Shown here in pieces: positions 31,925-44,927 of a DNA stretch of 64,000 nucleotides (position 1 is the stretch's first letter; the number at the start of each line of letters is the position of its first letter). The notes under the pieces were generated by a model. The model was not told where the DNA came from. It saw only the letters and a list, made by a program, of their open reading frames with translations, and searched no databases. A program made the translations under genes and the position numbers. Source of the DNA: Spizellomyces punctatus DAOM BR117 (lineage: Eukaryota); the NCBI GenBank assembly GCA_000182565.2, contig KQ257451.1; one strand, written 5' to 3'.

Positions 31925-34535
31925 CTACAACAGCTCTACGACCTCTTTAGCCAATCCCACAATCTTTTCCTTCTTCTCCAAATCCTTTTTAATCTGCGCA
32001 TCACCTGTGGCACCTTTTGTCCGCAAATTCCTCAACTGTTCTTCGCGTGTTGCTCGCTTCTGCGTTACTGCTGTGCCGACACCAATGACAGTCGCCAGTT
32101 GTTGTATTGAGGGCGTGGCGAATCGCAGGAGGTGAGCAATGGCAGTGAGCAGGCGCAAGACTATCGATACAAACATACAAATTAAATTATCACGTCAAGA
32201 ACAGCGTAACTCATTAGCATCGGTACGAAACCTACCAATTTCGTCTTCCTCCTCATCTTCAAAAGCTTTCGCAATGGCAGCTACCAGTTCCGACACCCAC
32301 TCTTCGTGTATACCTTCATCCTCCCGCCCGCTTTCTACTCCAGCATGGCTTTGTCGTGATTTGGCTTCCTCAATGGAAATGTTGAAAGCCAAGGAAGCAG
32401 CGCACTGGCGTACAGCAGCGTCTGGCGACAGGAGAGAGTCTATCAAGAGAGCCGTGGTCACAGAGCGGAACGGTGTAGCATGTGGTGCAAGGGTTTGGGA
32501 AAGAGAAAGTAGTTGTGCAATGGAGGTTGGCGACGTAAAGTGGTTGCACGCCTACGCCCAAACGTTTAGCACCGGATAATGAATCTGCACTTTCCACCAG
32601 GATACATACCAACCGGAGCACCATTACGCGAACAGCTTTTGGCACTGTTTCCGGTTGTGCTTGCTGGCCGCCAAACCGATACAGGACATTCATTACCGTA
32701 GACTCTGCATCAGGGCACAAGACCCCTTAAGTACATTATGAATGATTACTCGCATTGCTGCAACATACCTGGATCATTTTTCACATAAAAATCTCGTATT
32801 GCTTCGTCCAAGATGAGTAAGCGTAGAATATCCAGAACAGGGAACAGCTGCTCAGTAGGAATGCGCTGCAATAGCACATCTAGCAGCTCTTTCCAGCCGT
32901 TTGGAAGATGCAGTGCACCGGATTGCCCCTTTTCGTGTTTAGCTTGTAGGGCGGTCTTCAAAGCGTCTAATTGCGACTGTTTGTCGGTAATAGATTGCTC
33001 CCGCATAAATGTCTCTAGTTTATTGAATATCGAATTCAATTGCGTGGACTGGGCAAAAAGGATTGGTGAATTTGGAAGGCTATCCAATATAGGTGTGCGT
33101 TGCTTTGTGTGTGGATGTGCTGAAATGGATATGGTTAGCACATTGCCGGGCGATCACCGCCGCTATCCGCGGAAACTTACGTGGATATGCAGAGTACAGG
33201 AGAAGCTCTATAGAATTCGTTAGTTCCTGTACATTCGCTCCTTTGAACTGAGATATCTACATCACATGTGGTCAGGACTGCAACTCTGCCTTGTTAAGAC
33301 ACAGCGAGGTAGTATACCTCATTTCCGTCAAGGAAGAACTTGAATGTTGGAGTCGCGGTTATCTGATACTTCTGAGCAATGTCCCTCGATAGGCCAACGT
33401 CCACTTTCACTCCCACAATCTTATTTCCATCTACCCTCGCTCCCGCTCCCATGCCGGTTTGCCGATATTCGCGATTGTAGGACTCGATTAACCGTTCGAA
33501 TTCGGGACTTATAACTCGGCAAGGCCCGCAGCTCATCGAAGTAAAGTCAATAGCCACACACCGATGTGATGCCAGTATTGAGTCAAGTTGCGCAACATTA
33601 TACGCCGATTGTAAAGCGGTCTTTGATGGTGGAGCGGATTGAGCAGCGGCGGCTACATTGCCAACCAAACTCGCTAAGGACGGGGAAAGGCCGGGAGATG
33701 CAGCTGTCGCTGCGTTTGCAGCTGCATTGGCTGAGCGAGCGAGCTGCGATGGACCGAACATATTCTCAAGGACTGGCAACAGCGATTGACCAAAGGGGCT
33801 GTTGCATGGATCAATAAAACAAGAAAAATAAGGATCAGCAGAAATGGCGACGTACGTGTTAACAAACTCGGCAGGTAGTGCGGTAATGTGAGAAGGAATG
33901 TTCTTGCCGATTAGGAAATTACATAATTCGTTCGAAAAGTTGTCTGCAACCAGTAGGGAGTGGTGTTGAGGAGACCGCTTTGACAATCACTATAGATGAA
34001 GAAAAACAAAAGAAAGCACAAAAACATACTGCAGTTGTTGTCTAGGAGATGGTATTTATCCGCTCTAAATTGAAGGAACTGTCATGATCACATAAATTGC
34101 TGCAATGCTTATGAGAAGTCCACGTACGTCCAGTGTTTTTTCATCCCGTCAAGGTACTCTGTTTAGCATAATGAGTGAAAGATCTCGGCATCACATCAGC
34201 AAGAAAGCGTATACCTAAAAACATGTCGCGCGGGATGTGTGTTCTCCCCATGTCAATAACTTGCAAAGGAACTCCGTGGTGTGTACGGCCGGGCATGGAT
34301 TCCATGACACCTTGCCCGAAATAATGTTCTGTTCCATACACAACTACGCTGGTATGCCATATCCCCTCAATGAGGCGACCAACCAGATTCATGGAAAGCA
34401 TTCTTGCCATTCCCTAGAGCGACGCATTTTCATAAAGAGTTGAGACTATCGGCAAACTTGAACCAACTGAAAGTGCACACCTACCTGAGATAGGTCGTAA
34501 ACATAGAGCTGAACAGGAGCTCCCTCTTCTTCCAT
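31925..34535 (-). CDS. PPPDE (DeSI-like) peptidase, thioredoxin and PUL domain protein
   Basis: VQLYVYDLSQG, IWHTSVVVYG (catalytic His), YHLLDNNC..FSNELC (catalytic Cys), thioredoxin SCGPC motif, and PUL-type FPVLDILRL and AASLAFNI. Confidence 0.9.
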
Positions 34536-34728
34536 GGCTGTTGCGTATTGGAAAGAGAATAACTGTACTGTGCCTAATGCCAAAGTCGAAAAACTGCGGG
34601 AGGAAAGCAAAGGAAAACTAGAGAACAACCCTCAAGGTCCAAGACGCGTCATCGTAGGTGACGTGACGCAGCTCTTCAAAGCTGCTTTCTGCCACCAGAC
34701 GCCTGCACAGATATTTACGTCCAGGACC

Positions 34729-36228
34729 ATGTCTGAAGCTCAAGCAAGCTCTTCAACAAACACAAGCGCAGCTGAACCTCCGCAGGATCCCCTGCATCCA
34801 GACAAGCTCTTTTCGAGTCTCTACCATGTCCTACCTCGGCAAGCTTCGGGCACTGGGGCCCCCCAAGCTCTCCTAAAGACTTCGGCGGACTTGACAATGT
34901 CATTCTTCCACGCCGCAATGTTGAATCTTGGATTTAGGTTCCTCGGTTTAGGAGAGAGCCGAGTCGGTACGTTCGGAAGCTGCCGAATGTAGTTATGCCA
35001 AAGGTGTATAACTTGGCCCGCTTTTGAAGACAATGAATCCCAAGATCTGGAAAGGACGGAAGCAGTGCAAACCCCTCTTCCGGCTGACTGGAATGCGATG
35101 GGCGACATGTACTCGTTTCGATACAAACACGCGCAATCGGCGTTCACTTTCCTGCTGAAAGGCGTCAAAATTGGAAACAGACTCGTGGTGCATGGGATGG
35201 CCATTGAGGCAAGGCTTATTAATGGTCCCGTTACAAGTCTCGGACTTCAACTTATTCTAGACTCCCATTTCTGAAAAAGGACGGAAAACTACATACGCTG
35301 GAACTTGAACTCTCTACGTTCATCTCATCCGATTTCAAGTTTCCCTTTAATGCTCCCTCTAATGCAACCTCGTCCACCGCCGGGTCATCAGAACAGTCAT
35401 CCAATGTCCCTGATGCACTAAGATCTGCCTTCGCTTCAGATGAGCAGCTGTACGAGGTGATCAGAGAGTTCAGAATACGGATTGTTCAACAATTGATACC
35501 GGGACTGAATAAGCCGGGATATGAAGAATGGAAGCCGAGGTACTGTCTTGTGGGATGAGCCCGTTATGCTTTACAAATCCGAATCACTTTTGCTGTTTAG
35601 CCAAACATCTCAAGCACCTACACAAGAAACATCCGGAGGTCGCAACCCGCTTCGCGATAATCGTCATCAGCCCCGACCAATCCATCCCGGACATGCCGAT
35701 CCATTTGTAGGGAGCGGTGTAGGTGGAAGCGGACCTATGTATCCTCCCCGTGGACCTTATAGCGTGGGAGATGTCGATTTGGATCCCTTGGGGGTGGCAC
35801 CAGGGTTGATTCCGCCCTCACGATTCCCAGGAGGATATATGGGTGGTGGTGGAATGCATCCAGGAGGTGGCATGTTTGTTGGGCCTGATCATCCAATGTT
35901 CACGGGAGGTGGTGGGGGAGTTCCACGACCTGGACCATACGCGGGGCCGGACGGATCGCGCTTGCCGCCGGGCGCTGTGCCTCCTGGTGCTCGGTTTGAC
36001 CCGATCACGCCTTTTGGCCCTGCCCCTGGCTCAGGACCGCGAGGGCCTCGGGGACCTTTCGGGCCTCCCGGTGGGGGTAGCGGATCCGGGGGTTTCCAGT
36101 AAGCATGATACTTACAACCAGCCGAGTATGACGCGTGCATTGAAATCTCATCTTAAGTTTTCTTTAGGAGCGGAGAACCGGATAACGATGAGCTTCCTCC
36201 CCCCAACTTTGATACAATGTTCATGTGA
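34729..36228 (+). CDS. PSMF1: Proteasome regulator PI31
   Basis: FP-domain HAAMLNLGFRFLGLG and YSFRYKHAQS; Pro/Gly tail VGDVDLDP, GGMFVGPDHPMF, VPPGARFDPITP and EPDNDELPPPNFDTMFM*. Confidence 0.93.
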
Positions 36229-36547
36229 ATGTATGTGATGCAGTTAGCCGATCATTCTGCTGGAGCGTGCTGTGCCGCCATCATGTGCAGTGTAGTTTGG
36301 AATACCTTTCTTCTAGGAGCATAGGGTGCATATAGTACTGTGGTGCGTCAAGCAAGTGGGAATTATATATATAGTTGTCTGGTTCGTTCTGCAGATTCTG
36401 TAGAAAATCGTCAGGAATATCGATACCTAAATCTCATTGTAACATTGGATGTATGACTCACACAATGACTCACGCAAACCCCGACTTCAAAAATTCAAAA
36501 GTTCACGTTCGCCAGCTGCTTAACAGTTCTGTCTGGCTGAATAGACA

Positions 36548-38088
36548 ATGTGTGACGCACAGTCAATACAATGGCCATGGCATACTGCTCCCTCATCAGA
36601 ACAGCGACGGTATGCAACAACTTTACCTATACTGGTAGCATCGTCGCCTGCAGAAAACCCATTTCCGAGCGAAGCTGACGAAGCTCGTCGACATCCTTTA
36701 TCCAAAGTAGATAATCAGAATGCTGTTCAAAGAACTGTGGACGAACGTTACTCACTTCTAGTTTGCAGGTTATTGTTTGTGGGGGGATTGCTGGAGCAAT
36801 GGCTGACTCTTCGATGCACGTGTAAGTTCACCCCATTGACACTTTCATTTGAGCTGCACCTTCTCAACGCCACCCTTTTAAACAGGCTAGATACCGTAAA
36901 GACAAGAATGGTACATTGATTCAAGTCCAGTCAGCTAAGGCATCGGTATGAATGACTGAACTTTATCTTGTGTCCCTTAGCAAAAGGATGGAACGTCGGG
37001 GCGCACACCACAGTACAATGGCATGTTAGTTGGGCTTTTAGGTGCCCTATTGCCGTTCTGCCAGTATTCGGGCTCACACCTTCTTCAGGCACAATACAAG
37101 CCATGCGATCAATACACCGGTTCGAAGGGTTGCCGGGTCTCCTTGGTGGATTCAAAGCGGCGGCCACAGGATCTGTCTTGGCCACGCTTATATACTTCGC
37201 GACGTACGAGGGTTTTAAGAGAAGACTGCTAGACCTAGGTGTAAATGACAGTGCGAGTTATTTTCTAGCTGGAGCACTAGGTGATGCTGCTGCGTCTGTG
37301 GTTTATGTCCCTTCTGAGGTTTGCACCGCCACCTTCACCCAACAGTCGACAGATTGAGGCTGAGCATAGTTACTTTAGGTTGTAAAGACCCGGATGCAAC
37401 TTCAAGGACGGTACAATAATCCGCATAGTGCATCACCGCACAACTACAAAGGGGATTGGCATGCCTTGAGATCGGTAGGTTCATGTACATATACAAGCAA
37501 TGATGGTCTTGCCGCTTGAGCAATTACCCGCTGGTAGATATGGGAACGAGGAGGCCCAAAGGGTCTTTATTACGGTTGGCGCGCGACATTAGCAAGAGAT
37601 GTACCCTTTACCGCATGCCAATTCACAATATACGGTAGGACGTGGTAGAGCAGTGGAGCGCAAGTATCCGCACTAAAACACTGGCCTCAGAGCTTGCCCG
37701 TAGCTACATGATAAAAGAATTTGGAAACGGTGATCCTTCCCACCTCACAGTATGGCACGACATCCCACCGGGGGCTTTAGCGGGGTCGCTGGCAGGCTTC
37801 ATCACAACACCCGTCGACGTTATCAAAACGTACCTCCAAACACAAAGTCGTCCGCCGTCACGTAACACGTTTGTCGATCTGTCCAAGGTGGGAACACCAC
37901 CTTCCTCCGCGCCGTACTATAGCGGGATTGGACCTGCATTACGTGGCATCTACAAGACAAGAGGAATACGGGGCTTGTTCAGCGGGGCGGTGCCCAGAAT
38001 GGTATGGACTGGGTCGCAGTCGACGGTGATGTTTTTAGTTTATGAGTGGTTGTTAACTCGGGATTGGGGAGGGCTATTTTCAAGCTAG
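36548..38088 (+). CDS. Mitochondrial carrier (SLC25), similar to the yeast Mme1 Mg2+ exporter
   Basis: DSSMH.LDTVKTRM, YVPSEVVKTRMQLQGRYNNPHS, LARDVPFTACQF and TTPVDVIKT carrier signatures. Confidence 0.88.
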
Positions 38089-38251
38089 TGGGAGGGTTAG
38101 TTTATGGTTTACCTTCAAATCGTGAATAGATTATACAGATACTGATGCACATGAACTGATCTGACGAAGGGTATAACGCATCTGTGGCCTCTATTCCAGG
38201 AGTCTGCTGAGTCCGCTGCCAAAAGTTTTTATTCTAGTAGCAATTGGCCCC

Positions 38252-39758
38252 TTATTCGCCAGCCCCGTCCACATTGCTCGCCATCATCTCCGCCTCAATA
38301 TCAGCAGCATATCCCGAAAAATTGAAAAATTCTGATGCTTGACTGGAGGACAGCATTTGACTAGCTGAAGAAGTCAATCGAGCTGGAAGTGGAAGCTCCA
38401 GCAAGTCAATCTGACTGGTAGACGACGTTAATCGTGTTGGGAGATCCATCAAGTCGATTTCATGGCCAAGAGTCACAGCTTCCGGGTCCGGTACGTGCTC
38501 GTGTGGTTTGTGGCGCTGGGTAACTATTACATCGGGAGGATTGCATAGACTCTGGGATATCGATGCGGGTTCAGCGAAGGGTTTCGTAGGTTGTTTTGGA
38601 GTGTGTGGTGTTGGGTCACTGGTTAAGAGCGGTGGGCTTTGTGATGATGCTTTGGCATCCGGGGTAGTCTCCCGTTGAGGTTCTTCTTTCAAATTTTCGG
38701 TAGTCTGTGCATCTTCATTTCCTTCGGCGCTCTCGGTATCATCGGGTAGGTTATCATCTTCCATACCAGGGCTCTTGGAAGATTCGTCAGAATCGGAGGA
38801 CGCCGATTTTGGTTCCTCTTGTGAGCTTCCTTGGGACAAACCAATAAGGGCGTGAACAGCATCAACCACTCCGGCATGGTCGATGGGATCGCTGCTCTTG
38901 GTGGTTGTCGGAGTTGCCACGTGTTCGGGACCAACAACTTTGTAATTACCAACGACTTTATATGGTGTCCTCTGCCATTTCCCAATTCCGTTCCATGTAC
39001 CGTCCCGGTTCTTCTTAGCTGTCTGTCGACGATTTTGGAACCATATTTGCACACTCTATCGAGGCAGAGGTTTCAGTCATACGCGCACATCAATCTTGCG
39101 CTGCTGTAACTACCTCACCTTTGACGGCATATTCAAAGTTCTTGCGAGTTTCTCCCGCTCTGCTGGCGGCATCTGTGGATCGAGCCGATACGCGGCTTCC
39201 AAGGCAGCCTGCTCTTCATCAGTTGTGCGACGCCGCTTGCGTCGATTTCTTGGCTGTCCATTGCTGTCAAAGTTTTCGGGCGTCGAAATATTATATACCC
39301 AGTGCAAAGACGACTGTACAAAGGAAGCCATGGATGATGGCGGCGGCAGTACGCCCAATGGTTGTCCTGAAACGGCTGACTCCTCCTCTCCTTCCGAAAG
39401 ATTCCCTAGTTCATCAGGTGTGTCCGGTAGAGCTGCAATGTCAGAATCGAGGAGAAAAGTCGTAGCTGGAGGTTGATCACGGCCACTGCGGCTATCTTTC
39501 GCTGGTACAGGTATGAGCTTAACATCCACAATGCAGTTTCAAGGAACAAAGCATACCATTCTGCGCGGCCTCAACCAGCTGCTGAAGGGCAGCTTCAGTT
39601 TCGGGCGAATGGCTAATGTCACTCGGACTTTCCAATTGGCGCGATTTCTTCGTTGGCCCTATTATGCTATCGCGCATAGGAGGGTCATGGGTTCGCCGCC
39701 GCTTATTTCTTCCAGGGGTTCCTTCCAACAAGTTGGATGGAAGACCCTGAATGTCCAT
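38252..39758 (-). CDS. Homeodomain transcription factor (Yox1/Yhp1-like); start uncertain
   Basis: RRKRRRTTDEEQAALEAAY...EREKLARTLNMPSK spliced to SVQIWFQNRRQ. Confidence 0.85.
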
Positions 39759-40384
39759 CTCAATATAATACGATGCCAGACACGCTTGTTCTTTTCTTGA
39801 AGTTTCTTGGGACACCTTGTTAACCGTCTTCAGCGGGCTCAACAGATCACCAACACATTTTTAAGGCGCCCCTTGATATACTGCTGTATAGCAACAATGC
39901 CTTATGAAGTTTTTATGTTTAAGCTTCCTGCGAAGCAGAGGAGGCTCAGTCCAATTCTTGCTGTCACGTAAAAAGAAGGGAATGCTCTACCGCGAGAAGC
40001 TGAACGATAACGATTTGCTTTTCACCACTCCCAGAATAAGCATAAAATAATCCAGAGCTCCACTGCTATGCTAGCGGTAGGTATGCAGAAAGCGTTCTTT
40101 GGGCAGGGATGAACCAAGTCGTGAGAAAGAAAAGCGAGCGGAGTGGGAAGGAGGCCCAACCAAGTGGCTGTATGTTTGATTTCAATCACGTGCTTTGGTT
40201 TACCACGAGCATTCCCAAAGGCCTACTGTTCCCACGGAGACAACAGGTTTGTGATCCAGTAAATCGTAAGGCTGATCGAACGGGGTGTTGTCTAGTACCA
40301 GTGTCTGTGAATTTCCAAAGAGTCAAGAATTGGGCAGGCATTTGAGACGACGGCGAACCCATCTGCGCACTGCTCAAAGACATT

Positions 40385-42551
40385 ATGGCCCCCACTGCAA
40401 GTGTCACGTTTAAAACTCTGTCCGACGACGATCTGCGTCAACATGTGATAAAGCTTGGCCTGGACCCTGTTGGACCCAGAACAACTCTACTGGACCGCGT
40501 GGCTCGGTATATGGCTATGAACGGTGTAAGCGGCGAGCAGGCCAATGGTAACGGGGTTAATGGGGTAAATAAGGAAAATGGCAAGAAAACAGAGAGCCAG
40601 AAGAAGCGGCGAAGAAAGAAGAAAGGGGGAAAGAATGATACCAAGCAAGGAAGAACTGAAGAGGTATATTCTGCATACGCGGTCTGATATTTTGCTCAGA
40701 GGCTAATGATCGGTTTTGCCACCAGGGAGCCGATGAGGTGACGATGGACGTGGAAGTAGAATATGTAGCTGCACCTTTGGAAATTGCAGATCCAGCGTTT
40801 GAAGAATACAACCAGGTCTTTGCACGATTTACGGTATCACAGACAGTGGATGAATCCGACCAGGATGAGGGCACTGGTGAGGTCGATAAACATGGTGAAA
40901 ATGCGGAAGGAGGGGATGTAAAGGAGGAGGATACGAAAGGAGAGGAGCTTTCAGATGACGAAGGCGAGGGAGGGGTTGATGGGAAGGTGTCCAGGAAAAA
41001 ATTGCGGAAACTCAACCGGCTGTCGGTTGCCGAGTTGAAGCAGTTGGTAAAGAAGCCAGAAGTCGTTGACGTGAGTCTCATGTTCTTGCGCATTTTGGGT
41101 CCTTCCCCGCAACTAACCTGCCTTGTTGGTACAGTGGGTAGATGTTACAGCTGCGGATCCTAAGCTGCTTGTACACCTGAAGTCATATCGAAACACTGTG
41201 CCTGTTCCAGTACACTGGAGTCAAAAACGCAAATATCTGCAAGGAAAGCGTGGTATTGAAAAGCCACCGTTTGAATTGCCAGATTTCATCAAAGCCACAG
41301 GAATCATGGAAATGAGGTCGGCTGTGAAGGAAAAGGAGGATGCTCAGAAGCTGAAGAGCAAGTCACGCGACAGGGTTCAGCCAAAGATGGGCAAACTGGA
41401 TATTGATTATCAAAAGTTACACGACGCCTTTTTCCGTTGGCAAACAAAACCGAAATTGACTATCCATGGTGACCTGTAAGTTGCTGTCATGGCTTGGTAG
41501 AGCTTCTGTCAGTCTTCTTTATTCATGTTCGCTGCCGCCTACAGGTACTACGAGGGGAAGGAGTTCGAAACGAAACTGAAGGCGAAGAAACCGGGGCAAT
41601 TGAGCGAAGAATTGAAAGCCGCTCTAAGCATGCCTCCACTGGCTCCCCCACCATGGCTCATCAATATGCAACGATATGGTCCTCCCCCAAGCTATCCTCA
41701 ACTAAAAGTTGCCGGTTTGAATGCACCAATCCCGGAAGGGGCACAATGGGGTTATCATCCTGGAGGATGGGGCAAACCACCGGTCGACGAATATGGCCGA
41801 CCGCTGTATGGAGATGTGTTCGGAACAATGGCTCAAGAAGTACAACTAGAGGTAACCGCTAACATGCACATGGAGTTCGTCATGATCTGACCGCTTTCTT
41901 TCATTAGCACGTGGCGCCAATTGAGAAAGCACGATGGGGTGAACTGGAAGAAGAGGAGGAAGAAATAGAGGAAGAAGAAGAGGAAGAGGAGGAAGAGGAG
42001 GAACAAGGCGAGGAGGAAGCGGACACAGCAGAGAGTGGATTGGTTACGCCAAGTGGTATTAGCAGCGTACCCAGCGGCCTTGAGACGCCTGAGTACATTG
42101 AATTGCGGAAGGACGCAAGAAGGTATAATGCTTTAGCATGGTATGCTCACGTTTACGAGATTTTTTTACACTGGTTTGATATTATAGGGGGGTTCTGGAG
42201 GAAGAACCTAAGCAACTTTACACAGTCATACCCGAGCGACAAACATCTGTCAAAGGTTTTATGGGAAGTCAGCATGTGTACGACCTATCCGCAGCCGAGG
42301 GAGCTCGAGGAACAAAGCGAAAAGGAGGGGCGGGAGTTGACGTCACATTTAACCCAGAAGATCTGGAGGAGGGGCTTGACGAAGAGACGGTCAAACGAAA
42401 GTACGAACAACAGCTGGACGTCTCCAAGGGGGAACATGCTCGAGAGGACTTCTCGGATATGGTTGCAGAACATGCACAAAAGCAGGCAGCCAAAAAGCAA
42501 AAGAAAGATAAGGCAGACAAGGGGAGCAAGAAGGAGAAGTTCAAGTTCTAA
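40385..42551 (+). CDS. SF3B2: Splicing factor 3B subunit 2 (SAP145/Cus1)
   Basis: RLSVAELKQLV, YRNTVPVPVHWSQKRKYLQGKRGIEKPPFELP, PPPWLINMQRYGPPPSYP and C-terminal KEKFKF. Confidence 0.97.
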
Positions 42552-42813
42552 GGATGTCCCACGTTATGTTCTGGCAGGATTTCGTTTTTATAGGGCTGTA
42601 ATATATTTCTTGTTGGAATGCCTTCGTTGTGGCATATACTGTGATCGCGCCCATACATTCTCGGGATTTGACTGCGTGATTTTTGTGACGATCAATTCTT
42701 CACACTCAATTTTTTTATGCCAGAATACACAGCAATGCTTGAATGTCTTCATTTCTTTTTTTTCTTTCTAATCGATTTATCACCAGCTGCTGAAGTAACT
42801 AAATCAGAGTTTT

Positions 42814-43566
42814 TTAGACGGGGCGATTGAAGAGGAGTTGTGGCTGCGGAAGATTGGGCGGAAATTGATGGGGAGATTGAAGGTCTTGTCGCTGTGGTGG
42901 ACTCATTTGTAGTGTCTATGAGACCCGAGTCGCGCCATCTCTCACGCCGCTCTTGGAGGTATCTGGGATCATGGTATAGATCATTGACACTATAAGCATG
43001 TTCTCATCACAGAAGAAACGATCATGGAGTGGTCCTACCTGGCAGTTTCATTTTCGATTTCATCCTGAACATTCGGAAGCTTGGCCAATCCGTGTTTCTG
43101 CCTCAACGCATCTACTCGATCCTTTAATGGTTGATAGTCTTCTCTCAACTTCCTGAGTTCCGCTTGCTGATGTGCATTCATTTCTCTAAGTCGCCGTTGA
43201 GCGATCCGAATTTCATCCATATCCTTTTGAACAGTCTTCAACTTATCAACTAGAGCTAACTTTTCAGCTAGAAGTTTTCGTTGCTCGCTGTTCAATTCGG
43301 TCATTAGGGCGTCGTGCTTTTCTACACGTTGGGTTGCGGCGAGAATTTGCGTTTTGTTACGGTTTAGGCGGTGTGTTTCTGTTCTATCGTGTTGTGTTGA
43401 ACACAAGTTGAGTGGGAATGAACAATTCCGAGCATGAGGGCGGGACTGCAAGTGTAAACAAAAGCCGACAGTTTTCAACCTACCGAATCTGCTGCAACTC
43501 CTCTAATCGATGTACCTGTTCGTCGTTTGGCGATTCGTCGATGGGAAGGACAGCACCAGACGACAT
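42814..43566 (-). CDS. ZC4H2-like coiled-coil protein lacking the C-terminal zinc finger
   Basis: DEQVHRLEELQQI and YQPLKDRVDALRQKHGLAKLPNV match ZC4H2 segments ([23 protein letters not shown]). The last exon ends ...SAATTPLQSPV*. Confidence 0.7.
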
Positions 43567-43864
43567 GGCTTTTCAATTGGCTCTAAAGGCATTTCCTCGA
43601 ACTGGGATATCGCGCTGCGCATGAAGTAACCATGTCAACAACCATCGGCCTGTTCCACCGCGATTGACGTTGTGGAGTCCATAGCTCTTGTACAGTACCC
43701 TAGTGCAGTACCTAGTGCAGTATACCGAGAACTGGTAGGCGGATAGGCGTCCAGGATTTGGTATGCTTGTTGGGGACCGCCTTGACGTGACCTTTCAGGA
43801 AGCACAACTTACGACGAAATTGTTTCCCTTCTCCCCCTAGTGCCATCCACTGAACATTTATATA

Positions 43865-44645
43865 ATGGCAGAGGTATCGTCCTGGCGTTCTTATGGAAAT
43901 ATATCGATATTCTATGTATCCGCTGGGTTTGAAGAAGCTGATTGTTCCATGCCGTCAGTTACAGGCATTTCTTCAAGACTTATTGGAGAGGTATTGCCCA
44001 GTGGGGTGGTGAACTACCGAACACCAAAGAGTTTTTTGGCACCAGAATCTTACATAGCTGATTCAGTACGGATCACCTGAAAGCGGTGCTTGTTACCGAT
44101 AAGGACGGGGTGATACTGGCGAAAGGTGAGAAATAGATTTGCCTTCTAAACGCCGCAGATGCTCACTTTCTTGGCATCAAGCGACTGGCCCAGATCTTCC
44201 AGATCATGTACTTGAGCCGGCCTTTTCTGCCACTTTTTCGGTTGCCAGTGACCAGGTATGAAGGAACTTGAATTTTTTTTTCTGCCACACCGCGCGAATC
44301 CTTACTTCCTTCGTGGCTCTCTTGGATCACCGAAGTCGGGCAAACTTGGATTTGGGAGAAACAAGATGATCATGAGCACATTTGATGAAGACCAAGTTGT
44401 GCAATTCAACTACTCGCCGTTAATATTGACGCTGCTGGCATCTTCCAAGGCGAATTCGGGTAGATCTTCCTGCGCTGGCATATCCTTCAATTCATCTTGA
44501 CTAATCAGTATCCTTCCTACGTTGTTTGTCCACTTTAGGTGTACTAATAGCCGCGGGGAAGGACCTTGAGGAACCTATAAAAATTGTTGGCGAGTCTGTG
44601 TCGAAGGCAATACAACATGAACATAAGGCTAAAGAGTATGTGTAA
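43865..44645 (+). CDS. LAMTOR3: Ragulator subunit LAMTOR3 (MP1/MAPKSP1), roadblock fold
   Basis: Spliced product LKAVLVTDKDGVILAK...EPAFSATFSVASDQSGKLGFGRNK...QVVQFNYSPLILTLLASSKANSG. Confidence 0.9.
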
Positions 44646-44927
44646 TATTTACGCGAGAGCAGTTTATGTAACTGCGACACACATGTAAATAGGTAATAAT
44701 AGTTGGTCACACCGCACGAATGGTGTGAAAATGCCATATATAAATTATCGCAGTCTCTTGGGTTCATTTCATCCGCAGTCCCAGCTTCGCTTCGTCGTGA
44801 TCGGGATCAGAGGTCAGCAGCTGACTAAGCGGCGGAAACTAGCACCATATGGGCCAACCAGCATAGAGGACTCCAAGCAAATATCCGTTAACAGCCCATT
44901 AGTTGTTACTCATTTGGACACCCAAAC

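Noticed and set aside
43693-43726. Short tandem repeat tagtgcagtacc in the ZC4H2/LAMTOR3 promoter
   Set aside because: Only about 2.5 copies of a 12-mer, with no evidence of function.
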